Source: Ylistrum balloti
Lineage: Eukaryota
Length of the DNA: 64,000 bases
Direction: 5' to 3'
NCBI RefSeq assembly: GCF_031769215.1
Contig: NW_026781960.1
Coordinates: forward strand, 62,001-126,000
This document shows, piece by piece, positions 51,718 to 64,000 of this stretch. Numbering within the stretch: the stretch's first letter is position 1; each line of letters starts with the position of its first letter. The notes below the pieces were generated by a model. It searched no databases, was not told where the DNA came from, and worked only from the letters and a program-made list of their open reading frames with translations. The translations under genes and the position numbers were made by a program.

Positions 51718-51760
51718 AATCATACAGCTATTTCGTCCCTTTCGAACTTACCGGTGACAC
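51718..51760 (-). ncRNA. Degenerate hammerhead family copy
   Basis: Minus strand: GTGTCA-CCGGTAA-GTTC-GAAAG-GGAC-GAAA-TAGCTG-TA-TGAT. The core is mutated and the flanks are homologous to the other copies. Confidence 0.55.
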
Positions 51761-54074
51761 ACTGTTTGCAACTTTGGAGACGAGTGAGGAAAAGCCATAA
51801 TTGACTAAAAAATCATAACCATAATCAATGAAGTTAGCATTTTTCATTTCTGAATATACATGAATTCAGAAGAACGTATAGTGTATATCCTTAAAATACA
51901 AATGGGAATATATTGCAATATGCACTACCTTCATCTGCAGAGCATAGTGGAAAAGAATAAATACCTACATCAACAGATGCCTTACATATTGCTCACCTAT
52001 TCATGATCACGTATGTGTTTTGAAAAAGCCCATAATTGTCCCAAAACACTTAATTAAACACTTATATTGTTAAAAAAAGTAACTGCGATGCCAGTACAAA
52101 ACAAACAAAAACAAGAAAATACCAAAATGGCAAAAACTAGGGCAAAATGGCAAAATAATCATAATTCTAACCCAAATAAAACAAAATGAGAACAAATATA
52201 TATTTACATACATACAAGGAGAATAAGACCAGGTGTCACGGAAGAGCAAAAAACGGCTCCAACAGGCAAACTAATGAGCATCAATTACGTCCAGCTTCAT
52301 GTCACACAAAGAAATAGAATATTTCTCAATGCAATAATTTTTATGATTTCTTCCTCCGCATGTTGGACGTAATTTTTACGAAACACATTTCAGCATAGTT
52401 CACAATCAGCTATTTACACCGCCGTTCACCTTTCTTGAAGAAGAAAGCTCTCATAATAAGAGAATTAAGGCGTTCTTTCAGTCTAGAATGGAGTATGGTG
52501 GTGATCTTATAGAAGAAGTGTTTCTTAGAAAAGGGTGTTGAAGATTGATCAAAGGTTCTTCAAAATCCACATACTAATAATTCTAGATGTCAAATTCAGA
52601 AAGGACGTTCGAAAAATTTTCTTTTGACATGGATAAGACGAAATTGTTTGCACTTTAATTTATCACATTATGCAACCTTCTTCCAATCAACTGCATGTTC
52701 TAAACCCCCAAATGGCCTTGTTGACATGTCAGACTACGTGTTTTTCCCCAAGTATCCTAGGAGTACGCTCCCATGTGATATTTAAAAATCAATTCAGTTC
52801 ACGTTGTAATCAAGCAGTGATGACTCACACTGATCTTTGTCCGAATTGAAATCAATGGAATAAAAAACAACTATTATCTGATGTAGATTTTTATTGATAT
52901 AATATTGCCATTTTGTTTGTTATAGATAACACTAAGTAAACCTTGGAGGGAGACGTTTTTCCAAACATCGACATTCACGAACACTATTGATATGATTTCT
53001 AATATAACCGCCATGGATTTAATCAATCTTATCTTTACAGAATAATTATCAGTTTTAAAGGATTAGATCGTCTAAATATTTGCGCTACTGATACATTTTT
53101 TTTTATCTCCAACAAGTTAACACATGAAACGATGTTGGAAAAATATGAAATCCTTGGACATATAAAATTGTGGTAATTGTTGCCTACATCAGTTATAGAA
53201 ATACATGTTAAAGTATTCAGTCAACGCTAGCACCTCATGGTTGGAAGCTTGTTGGTACTGATTATAACTGATCTGAACACTATTGACTAAAACAAGTCAT
53301 CATGTTATTAATATGATTTACTGTTCGATAATCAGTCGACATTTGTCTGTGTAATAGATGACGTTTCATTCTGGAATAACAAAAATGGTGCAACGTTTAA
53401 AAAACGTGTCTACTTATTTCATAGCCTCAACAAGGCAATTTAGATCACTTCCTTAGGATTTAGTTTTTGAATTTCTATATACACATATAGATATATAATA
53501 TCGTATTTTCGCATTCGATAGGTATACGAACAACTGGACGTGACAATTTAATCTAATCTTTTCAAAACCTTTTGATGGGTTTGTTCTTCCTTATCGCATG
53601 CAAACCATACGCGAACTGGGACTTACTCAAGATAAAATTTGTTGACATAAGCCTAGAGCTTAGCTATGTAAGTGGAGAAACATCACGCTACCGTTAATGG
53701 TTCACGATGGATAAGTTCAATTAGCAAAGGCCATTCTTTTGTTTCATAGGACGGTTTGTCGTAGTTTCACATTGCCGGAAAGAGTACATAGTAGGTATAA
53801 ACAAGTTTTATAAACCAAGTTGGTGTGAAGTCTGCTGGCAATAATAGATGTTTATATACGTAATTGATAACTGAAATAAATTAAAATCTAAATACCAGAG
53901 AAAGTACAAATGTGCCAATACCCATGTAACAGTTTAATAATTCACTTTCGACGAACTTCACTTGAAATTGAAACAATAACAATATGTCCAACATCACAAA
54001 CAGTAATATCTTTTATATTGAACAAATTACAAAAGTGAACAACGTATTTTTATAACGTTTCTGTATTAGAAACA

Positions 54075-54180
54075 ATAGAGTCTGACAATGAGTTAAACAA
54101 TTCTATCAGCTGTTTCGTTCTTTTTTTTAAAGGAGTCACACGTTTTGAAACCTAGGAGGCGACGAAGGAGCTCCCTTAGT
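54075..54180 (-). repeat. Hammerhead-family copy with the ribozyme 5' half replaced by an A-run
   Basis: Minus strand retains CTTCGTCGCCTCCTAGGTTTCAAAACGTGTG upstream and GAACGAAACAGCTGATAG...TTTAACTCATTGTCAGACTCTA downstream, matching the flanks of the other copies. Confidence 0.5.
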
Positions 54181-55239
54181 GAAGTAAAAGCAATGTTGAA
54201 ATCTAGATAGGGAGGCGCATAAGTCCATTTACTTAATTTCATTTACATATCTTTGATATTTTTACAAGAACGTCAACATGTAGCCTAGGTCACATTTTCT
54301 ATGACTGTCCTTAAATCAAAGCAGACTATCATTCGGCATATAGTCTTGTTTTTCGCGATATATGATTATCTAAGAAGTCTATATGAAAACTTATTTATTT
54401 CTCGACCAGTGCAGTAACCTGAACTATAATGGAGTTTAACTCTAAAATGTGCAAAAGTAGTTCAATGTCTCAGTGACCTGTTATATCTAAGATAAGTCGT
54501 TTTGATCTCTGTAAAGACAAAAAAAAAAAAAAAAAACAAGAAAATGCTATGTGGTGCATAAAGGAGCATCCAGTTAGATTACGTATGACTGGGACATTTA
54601 ACAGACGACTGTCCTGACGCTTCGTTCATTACACATATTTGTGGTGACTGTGTATTACACATGTCAATGTAACGGTGAAACAAACACCATCCATCTGGTG
54701 TGTCTGGAATATTATCAGTTGACCTGATGAGATGATTTTTCCATCCTTTTCCCAAGATATGACCTAACAAACGCAGTACAAGTAAATGTATTTTAAGCAG
54801 CCTTCCAGTAAGACACATACGTTTAACATGGACAGTGAAAAAGAATTTTCGAAACCTCCAAAACGGATCAATATACAATAACTTCGTTTTAGGGTGTTGC
54901 TTCCGGTTATATTTCAACAACCCAACCCTTCTACGTTTTAACCAGGATTGCACTTACGGTGCACAAAACTTCCCTTTACCTCTGGCTTTTATCAAAGACC
55001 TAAGAAACCTGATGTATCATACAAAAATACTAGGTGTGTTATAGAAACTTTTCGGTGTGTTCCGAGTGTGTTCAGATGACACTGTGAGACATGTCACCGT
55101 CACAAGAACGGTATTTGGCGACATCAATTTTGTCAGCTGCTAGAGATGGACACTGGCCACAGGCACAGGCAATAGAAGGCATGTCTTTACACTGAATGTC
55201 AGCTTACTTACCTACATTTGTGTATACAAATGCACTTAA

Positions 55240-55720
55240 ATCCGAGCACACACACATACACAACCCCCTCCCCCACACACATGCCCCCTCACACATAAGC
55301 CCCCACACACATATATCCCCCACACACCTACGCCCCACTCACACACATATGCTCCCACACATGCCACCCACACAAACATGTGCCCAGACACACATACGCC
55401 CCCATACACATACGCCCCCACACATACACCCCCATACACACACAAACGCCCCCCAAACAGACACACATACGCCCTTCACACATACCCCCATCACACATAC
55501 GCCCCCCCCACACACACACGCCCCCACACACATACCCCACACACACATACGCCCTCCCATACACATAAACGCCCCATACACATACGCCAACATACACACA
55601 CGTGAAAACTTACGCCCTCCCTCACACACATATACGCCCCCCACATACACACACCCCCATACACACACATACGCCTCCCCAATCACACACAAACACAACA
55701 GTAAACAATATGTGTGTGTG
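55240..55720. repeat. CA/CCCC-rich low-complexity microsatellite mosaic
   Basis: CACACACATACGCCCCC-type units. Explains the overlapping His/Pro/Thr and Cys/Val/Gly ORFs. Confidence 0.9.
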
Positions 55721-57816
55721 ATTACTGTTGACTAGAACATAGCCTACATGATAGGTTAAACCACCATCCTAATTAACTATCATCTTATCATGAAATTTAG
55801 AATGATACTCTTACCATTACATTGATGTACCTGTATTGAAGTATGTAAAGACATTAAAAGGCACTTTCACACCTGATCGTAATACACCTATAACATGTGT
55901 TTTCTTTGCGATAACATAAATGATGGCGCCCGCTTCCTATTAAACGAATATTACGTATATTCTGAAACCACAAGATTACAACACCTGTACATGACACTTT
56001 AAACAGGAATTGTTTACATACCTTATGTCCATTCACATTCTTCCGAATCGTGTTTGTTTCTTCATCTTGTATCACCGTTATATCAATACATTTAAGATAA
56101 AATTTGGTGTTGTATCGTATTGTATGTGTTTGAGCCCATGCAGCAATGAACTGATATACGTTAAGGTGACATCAAACAAAGCTATCTCTTTGAAAACACA
56201 ATAGCCAAACGAATGTATGGTTTTGTTTATATCTTACACAAACACTCTGACCATTGACATGTTTCGTGTTGCTATTAGATCAGAATAATAAATAACGTAC
56301 TTTGTTCCGGAATTGGTAATACATTAAATGCACGTGATGGCCAAAGAAATGTTCAGTATTATCATGAAACCCATAGGGGAAATTGATAACTATTAACAAC
56401 GGTCAAAATACTGCTCTTTTTACAAGTATTTGCAACTACCACATGTCTTCTACGAGTGATTGCATATGTTTAAACAGGAGTTGATTTTGTATGGATTTAT
56501 TGCCCATATCTTACAGTTTCCCTTTCATGTGAGTACTAATTCCCTGATATCATTGTGATTATAGAGAGATTTATACCAAAATGTGACTGCGGGTCGAAGA
56601 AACAACAGCATAAATACAAACTCAATCGATAACCAAGATTGTAGAAAACACGAATTTAGAATTAGATAGAGCCAAATAGCTAAAATTATATTTACAAGTC
56701 AGAGATAGCTTATCAATAGCGAAACCTCCATACATACTGACGAACAACCAATATATCTAACTTTATAACTAGCAAATAGGTTAGTTTCCAATGTGATCAT
56801 GATAGTAACAGTCAAACTTTTGTATTCAGTTTTAATAGTAAAACTAAATGAGTATAAGAGATAAGATAACTCGACCTAATTCGAACAGGGATGATTGATC
56901 TCCCATCGGGCTGTGTAGTATAAACCTGCACAAAAGGCGTATACGTAATTGGAACATTTACCTACAAATAAATAAAAACAAAACTTCTTTTCCATGGCAA
57001 GTAGGACTGAAACGATTTCTCAATTATTTTCCTGCTTCATCAATATATCTATTTGCATAAAGTTCAATTACGTATTTTCTAAAATGGGTTATGTGCTAAG
57101 CTTGCCTTGTTCTCTTGTCAACGTAGGCGCTGAAGACTAATTCAACTCTCCAATAAAAAATACATAATGAAATGACGTTTCTATAACGGACAGCAGTTTT
57201 AATTATACGCAAGGTCTTTTGTTTTACAAACTATTTAGCAATTAGTATAAATCTTAGTCCTCCCAGCGTTCTTCCCTATAGGAAGACTTTGAATTCTCTC
57301 ATCAGGCCGAGACATACCACTTATCCAGGGGTTACAGCCACTTTCGCTCTCTGCACCCCTGATCGTTTGATGTACCTCAAACAAATCTCGAGGTCGCAAA
57401 ACGCAATTGTGAAGGTGTCGAAGTTGTGTGTTTCTCCTTTGTGATCTTTAATGGTCATTTTTTTTCTCCTGGAACCAATCAAATTTATTCTTTTGTGCCT
57501 TCGATTTTGCCATGTTATGTTCCAGGGGTGCAGAGAGCGAAAGTGATCGTAACTCCTGAAGTATTGAGGATGAAGACATACCAGAGTCTTTGAAAACGAC
57601 AGCCATACTCCCTACTTAACATTAAGCATTGCGGTACTGCAACTACTGGTTTGCCAGTTGTCCTTATAATGTGACCTGTTGGGATGTCCTGCTTGGTGCA
57701 GTAACCTCAGTTTGATGACACTGCAAGGTTTGCTTTAGGTAAGCATTAGCAAGCTAACACAAGGAATCTGCCAGGAACACTCCCAAGTCTACAGAAAACA
57801 CATACATTCTCCTTCA

Positions 57817-58008
57817 ATTACCATAGCTGTTGAAATCACGTTAAACAATACAACAAAGTCATCCCAGTCTATCCCAGCACATCACCCATTTTGTATTTTG
57901 TCAACCGCCACTTCCGGTTTGATGAAAATACAAAATGGTTGATGTGCTGGGATAGACTGGGATGACTTCGTTGTATTGTTTAAACGTGATTTCAACAGCT
58001 ATGGTAAT
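57817..58008. repeat. Near-perfect fold-back (inverted repeat, ~85-bp arms), MITE-like
   Basis: ATTACCATAGCTGTTGAAATCACGTT...CCCATTTTGTATTTT pairs with AAAATACAAAATGGTTG...AACGTGATTTCAACAGCTATGGTAAT with few mismatches and a short central spacer. Confidence 0.9.
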
Positions 58009-58514
58009 CGCAAACCTGATATTTTTAAGTATAGGAGTCAGGTGAACGAAATTGACAAAAGCATAATTCTAGAATACAACTGGTAGAAGTTTGTACTAAA
58101 CTACAGGGGCGCCTAAGTGATACCGTTCACTAATATGACTACGTAGGAGATTCGGAACCCAGTTATGATCATGTCAAACTGTGTCGAGCATTAGCATGGC
58201 TGAAAAGACATCTACATTATTAATCATTATAAGCATTACAAGTCATAGGTATCTCGTACAAATAATTAGGAAATGGTGTAAAAGTTATAGCTATAAATAG
58301 ACAAGCATGTTTTCCTAAAGTGTAGACTTCTTGACAGGTAAGTAATGACTAAGTTATGTTAATGACTAAACACGTCTGCTGGCAGAGCCTAAATACTCTG
58401 ACAGGTAAAATATGTGTCATGTTTAATGATCATCGCAATATCTACAAGTAGATATACTGAAAATTATCCTATACATGTAATCAAAGATGAATAATTCAAT
58501 TAATGTGTCCTTAT

Positions 58515-58730
58515 ATACTCCTATGAGAGAAAAGAATAAATCTTTTAATGTAAAAATATATGTTGCCTTAGATCTTTAATCAATCAATTTGTCCTATGAT
58601 ACTCTGATAAGAGAAAAGAATAAATCTTTTAATGTAAAAATATATGTTGCCTTAGATCTTTAATCAATCAATTTGTCCTATGATACTCTGACAAGAGAAA
58701 AGAATAAATTATTAAATGTAAAAATACATG
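58515..58730. repeat. ~87-bp tandem duplication (~2.4 copies)
   Basis: GAGAAAAGAATAAATCTTTTAATGTAAAAATATATGTTGCCTTAGATC... is repeated. Confidence 0.85.
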
Positions 58731-59487
58731 TAATAAGCATGAATAAATTTAATTACTGTGTCATTATGTACTCCTAAGAGTGAAAAAATATAAACTGTAA
58801 TTTATAAGTCCTTACTTAAAACTGAAACTTTCACGTGCATTATATATATTTATTAAAAATGATTTACATATATACATGTATATATATATATATATATTAC
58901 CTGTATATGCATATATTTATATTACCTGTACAAGCATATCTGTAACTCATTTGACAAATTCTTACATACACTGTGTAACACAGATACAAGACTGTATAGG
59001 TCCCAGTATAAAATGATGAACAATTATATTCCCATATTTTGATTACAAGGAATAAACCATGTGATGTTATCTATTATATCTACAAACAAACATGATTTCC
59101 CTCCATATAAAGGTCTCACAATAATACAAAATAAGGCACAGTGCATATTTTAATCTCCTAGAAAATCTGCGTTATATTATTATCCCTGTATGTATTAATT
59201 GATAAATTTGTCAGTAGTTAATTATATCGATGTAATTAGCATTTCCGTTAAAACTGAATCAAATACATCATAGAGTTCAGACAGATTTTTTTACCGACAT
59301 CGATGTATCATTGTTTGCTGATAATATGATCAGAAACAATGAAATGTTATTACAATTTTATTAGAAACCCAAACATTTACATAAACATAGTGTTATCATG
59401 TCCTAAATCAATATTGATCGGATTTCTATTGACCTTTTAAAGTCCGATAGATCTGGACACCTGATAATAAACAAAATTCTCACCAAC

Positions 59488-59607
59488 CTGCAGTCCTGAA
59501 TTGTCCATGTAAACACACAGCTGTACGTATGTTTTAATATCTACAATGGCCTGATATAATGTCTCCGGAGGCGTGTTTGCCCCAGAGCGACGATGTGGTC
59601 GTTTTAA
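59488..59607 (-). CDS. Candidate internal exon of an unidentified minus-strand gene
   Basis: Acceptor GTGTTCCCTAG, donor CAG|GTTGGT, 120 nt, phase 0-0, stop-free: LKRPHRRSGANTPPETLYQAIVDIKTYVQLCVYMDNSGLQ. No family recognised. Confidence 0.4.
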
Positions 59608-60769
59608 CTAGGGAACACTACTGACAAACTGACATAGTAAATGTACAATTACTGTGGTGTTAGTGACGTGTGCGATTTGTGTGTAGTAGACCGATAAGGC
59701 TTTTCCGTGTTACCTTTATGACGAAGTGATTCTTTATACGTATAACAGGGCATATTTCTACGTTTTTTAGACAGAAATATCTCAGATCAGTACAAATTAC
59801 CGGACGAGATATTTGATATGGTCACGGAAATAGTGGTAAGGCTTATTTAGTTTTAATCTCTACGTCCAAGTGGTCAAATCAAAGGTCAACGAATCCTATT
59901 GGATAATGATTAATGATATCACACAGGCGATGCTTTGGCAATGTCCATTACAACACGATATAACAAGAAAAGGTCGAGTCTTTCATCTGTCGAAAAATGC
60001 CCATCACCTTTAGGAACCTTTCATAGTGATGAAAATATTTTGTTTTACATTATATAAAGTGACGATGCGTTTAAAAAGAATCAGGAAAAGTGGCTAGAGT
60101 GCTTACATCTGTTGCTATCGATTTTTCCTTACCTCTCCTTTATCATAGCAACAGTATCATTTTAATAATGTTATTTCATTTTTCCTTTTCCCGTCATATT
60201 TCTAGTCCGGAAAACACTTATCTATCTATCATTCGTTTTATTTAGATTTTGTTTTCATTCATTTATTTGTTGTTTGAGATTAAGCAATTTAAGCTTTATC
60301 CAAGAGGACGTTGTTAGGTACAGCACTTTAGCTAAGCGTGATACGTGTTCTTTTTGGACGTTATCTTCTGTCACAACCCTGTGATCCGTGCTCACAGATA
60401 AAATATGATAACGACTAAAACAACTAGCATACATTGTACATGTACATGCTTTTAAAATCCAGATTCGAAGCAAAGCAACGCGTACGTAGAAACTAGTCCA
60501 ATGTTCATACTTTAAGCATAGGACAGCATTCTATATACTGTATCAGTATTTTCCTATGAGAATTTTACAAGAAACAAAGCATGCTATTGGTATGTTAGAC
60601 TGGAGTATATCAGAATAGTATGGTAAGACAGTTTGGGAAGCAAATTGTAGTGTAACAAGATAAATGCTCAATGGTGGCGTTTTCAGAAGACGAACACGTA
60701 ACGAGACCGCCAACGGACTGTATGTCCGCGTTTGAATAGAAGAACGTTAGAGCGAAGCTCGTGTTTGGG

Positions 60770-63615
60770 CGAACCGTCGGCCAGGAGCACGTTATAGTAG
60801 TGATAATCGACTTCGGATTTACCGTCGGTCGGGACAACGTTATAGTGATAGTCGGTCAGGAGTACGATAAAGTGATAGTCGTGTTCGGATTTACCGTCGG
60901 CCAGGAGTACGATAAAGTGATAGTCGTGTTCGGATTTACCGTCGGCCAGGAGTACGTTATAGTGATAGTCGTGTTCGGATTTACCGTCGGCCGGTAGAAC
61001 GATATAGTGATAGTCGATTTCGGATTTACCGTCGGCCGGGAGAACTATATAGTGATAGTCGAGTTCGGATTTACTGTAACGTTCTCCTGGCCGACGGTAC
61101 ACCCGAACACGACCATGACTGTAACGTTTTCCCGATCGACGTTACACTCGAACACGATAGTCACTGTAACGTTCTCCTGGCCGACGGTACACCCGAACAC
61201 GACCGTGACTGTAACGTTATCCCTACCGACGGTACACCCGAACACGATATTCACTGTAACGTTCTCCTGCCGACGATACACCCGAACACGATATTCACTG
61301 TAACTTTCTCCTGCCGACGATACACCCGAACACGACCATGACTGAAACGTTCTCCGGCCGACGGTATACACGGGTGTACCGTCGATCAGGGGAACGTTAC
61401 AGTGAGGATCGTATTCGGGTGTTACGTCGGAAGTGTGAACGTTACAGTGACGGTCGTGTTCGGGTTTACAGACGGACTGGTGAACGTTACAGTGACGGTC
61501 GTGTTCGGTTGTACCGTCGGCCGGGAGAACGTTACAGTAACGGTCGTGTTGGGGTGTAACGTCGATCGGGAGAACTTTACAGTGAGGATCGTGTTCGGGT
61601 GTTACGTCGGTATTGTGAACGTTACAGTGACGGTCGTGTTCGGGTTTACAGACGGACTGGTGAACGTTACAGTGACGGTCGTGTTCGGTTGTACCGTCGA
61701 TTGGGAGAACGTTACAGTGACGGTCGTGTTAGGATGTATCGTCGGCCGGAAGAACGTCACTGTGAAGATGTTGTTCGGGTGTATCGTCGGCCATGACAAC
61801 GTTACAGTGACGGTCGTGTTCGGATGTAACGTCGGCCGGGAGAACGTTACAGTGAAGATGGTGTTCGGATGTAACGTCGGCCAGGACAACGTCACTGTGA
61901 AGATGTTGTTCGGGTGTATCGTCGGCCTTGACAACGTTACAGTGACGGTCGTGTTTTGTTGTACCAACGGCCGAGAGAACGTTACAATGACGGTCGTGTT
62001 CGTGTGTACCGTCGGTCGGGAGAACGTTACAGTAACGGTCGTGTTCGGGTGTATCGGCGGCCGGGAGAACGTTACAGTGACGGTCGTGTTCGGGTGTACC
62101 GTCGGCCGGGAGAACGTTACAATGACGGTCGTGTTCGTGTGTACAGACGGTCGGGAGAACGTTACAGTGACGGTCGTGTTCGGGTGTACCGTCGGTCGGG
62201 AGAACGTTACAGTGACGGTCGTGTTCGGGTGTATCGTCGGCCGGGAGAACGTTACAGTGACGGTCGTGTTCGGGTGTATCGTCGGCCATGACAACGTTAC
62301 AATGACGATGGTGTTCGGGTGTACCGTCGGCCATGACAACGTTACAATGACGATGGTGTTCGGGTGTATCGTCGGCCGAGAGAACGTTACAGTGACGATC
62401 GAGTTCGGGTGTATCGTCGGAAGTGTGAACGTTACAGTGACGGTCGTGTTCGGGTTTACAGACGGACTGGTGAACGTTACAGTGACGGTCGTGTTCGGTT
62501 GTACCGTCGGCCGGGAGAACGTTACAGTAACGGTCGTGTTGGGGTGTAACGTCGATCGGGAGAACTTTACAGTGAGGATCGTGTTCGGGTGTTACGTCGG
62601 TATTGTGAACGTTACAGTGACGGTCGTGTTCGGGTTTACAGACGGACTGGTGAACGTTACAGTGACGGTCGTGTTCGGTTGTACCGTCGATTGGGAGAAC
62701 GTTACAGTGACGGTCGTGTTAGGATGTATCGTCGGCCGGAAGAACGTCACTGTGAAGATGTTGTTCGGGTGTATCGTCGGCCATGACAACGTTACAGTGA
62801 CGGTCGTGTTCGGATGTAACGTCGGCCGGAAGAACGTTACAGTGAAGATGGTGTTCGGGTGCATCGTCGGCCATGACAACGTTACAGTGACGGTCGTGTT
62901 CGGATGTAACGTCGGCCAGGACAACGTCACTGTGAAGATGTTGTTCGGGTGTATCGTCGGCCTTGACAACGTTACAGTGACGGTCGTGTTTTGTTGTACC
63001 AACGGCCGGGAGAACGTTACAATGACGGTCGTGTTCGTGTGTACCGTCGGTCGGGAGAACGTTACAGTAACGGTCGTGTTCGGGTGTATCGGCGGCCGGA
63101 AGAACGTTACAGTGACGGTCGTGTTCGGGTGTACCGTCGGCCGGGAGAACGTTACAATGACGGTCGTGTTCGTGTGTACAGACGGTCGGGAGAACGTTAC
63201 AGTGACGGTCGTGTTCGGGTGTACCGTCGGTCGGGAGAACGTTACAGTGACGGTCGTGTTCGGGTGTATCGTCGGCCGGGAGAACGTTACAGTGACGGTC
63301 GTGTTCGGGTGTATCGTCGGCCATGACAACGTTACAATGACGATGGTGTTCGGGTGTACCGTCGGCCATGACAACGTTACAATGACGATGGTGTTCGGGT
63401 GTATCGTCGGCCGAGAGAACGTTACAGTGACGATCGTGTTCGGGTGTATCGTCGGCCGGGAAAACGTTACAGTGACGGTCGTGTTCGGGTGTATCGTCGG
63501 CCATGACAACGTTGCAATGACGATGGTGTTCGGGTATACCATCGGCCATGACAACGTCACAGTGACGATGGTGTTCGGGTGTACCGTCGACCGGATGATC
63601 GTTACAGTGACGTTT
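60770..63615. repeat. GC-rich minisatellite, 45-bp unit, ~60 copies, with internal inversion (61073-61370) and ~990-bp higher-order duplication
   Basis: Unit GTTACAGTGACGGTCGTGTTCGGGTGTACCGTCGGCCGGGAGAAC. The variant series starting ~61420 recurs at ~62410. Explains all ORFs from 60683 to 63621. Confidence 0.95.
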
Positions 63616-64000
63616 GTGTAATTTAGATCCTTCATATCAGTCCGACGGAGGGAGAATAATATTTGGTGTTGCGTGGCAACGCATCGAAGAACCCCTGCCG
63701 GTATATTGAAAAGCTCCTTGATCGGTTTGAAGAAATTTATCGTCATTACGTTGTTGCAGTTATCTATTATAGCTAGTGTAACATTTCTAGGCAGGACTAT
63801 TTCAGGCATGTGATAGAACATTGCCAAAGAATTTCTGTGTAATTTGATAAATTCTGTACGTAGTATATCTATGGCATGCAACAACGTGAAACGGGTATGT
63901 ATTCCTCTTTCCTTGGCTTTAAATTTCCATTTCGATTTAGAAAATACAATGTCTTACAATATAAGCTGTATTTTGGAGAGGATGAAGAAAGACAAAAGAG

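Noticed and set aside
55196-55735. His/Pro/Thr-rich and Cys/Val/Gly-rich overlapping ORFs
   Set aside because: CA-rich microsatellite mosaic that is open in several frames on both strands.

Overview
AT-rich, intron-containing animal genomic DNA, most consistent with a bivalve mollusc. That assignment is inferred from repeat types and gene families, not from a search. No prokaryotic features, rRNA, intact tRNA or CRISPR array were seen. Three spliced genes can be built by hand with GT-AG junctions in consistent phase: a secreted Thr/Ala-rich mucin-like gene on the minus strand running off the left edge, an 8-exon CHST15-like carbohydrate sulfotransferase (+, 25201-31369, 431 aa), and a 6-exon METTL24-like methyltransferase (-, 44532-51558, 341 aa). 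Roughly a quarter of the window is tandem repeat (units of about 26-87 bp). There are also decayed CR1/L2-type LINE and Penelope-like RT fragments, tRNA-derived SINEs, a Helentron-like element and a ~190-bp fold-back. Most long ORFs in the supplied track are minisatellite read-through. The standout signal is the 45-bp array at ~15.18-15.85 kb, in which each unit is essentially one minimal hammerhead ribozyme (CUGACGA core, GUCC/GGAC stem II, GAAA, palindromic ACAGCUGU stem III, GUA cleavage site). It sits inside one copy of a hammerhead-bearing dispersed family with five further copies in this window. Tandem amplification also creates an alternative closed stem I, which could give self-sufficient type III-like ribozymes.
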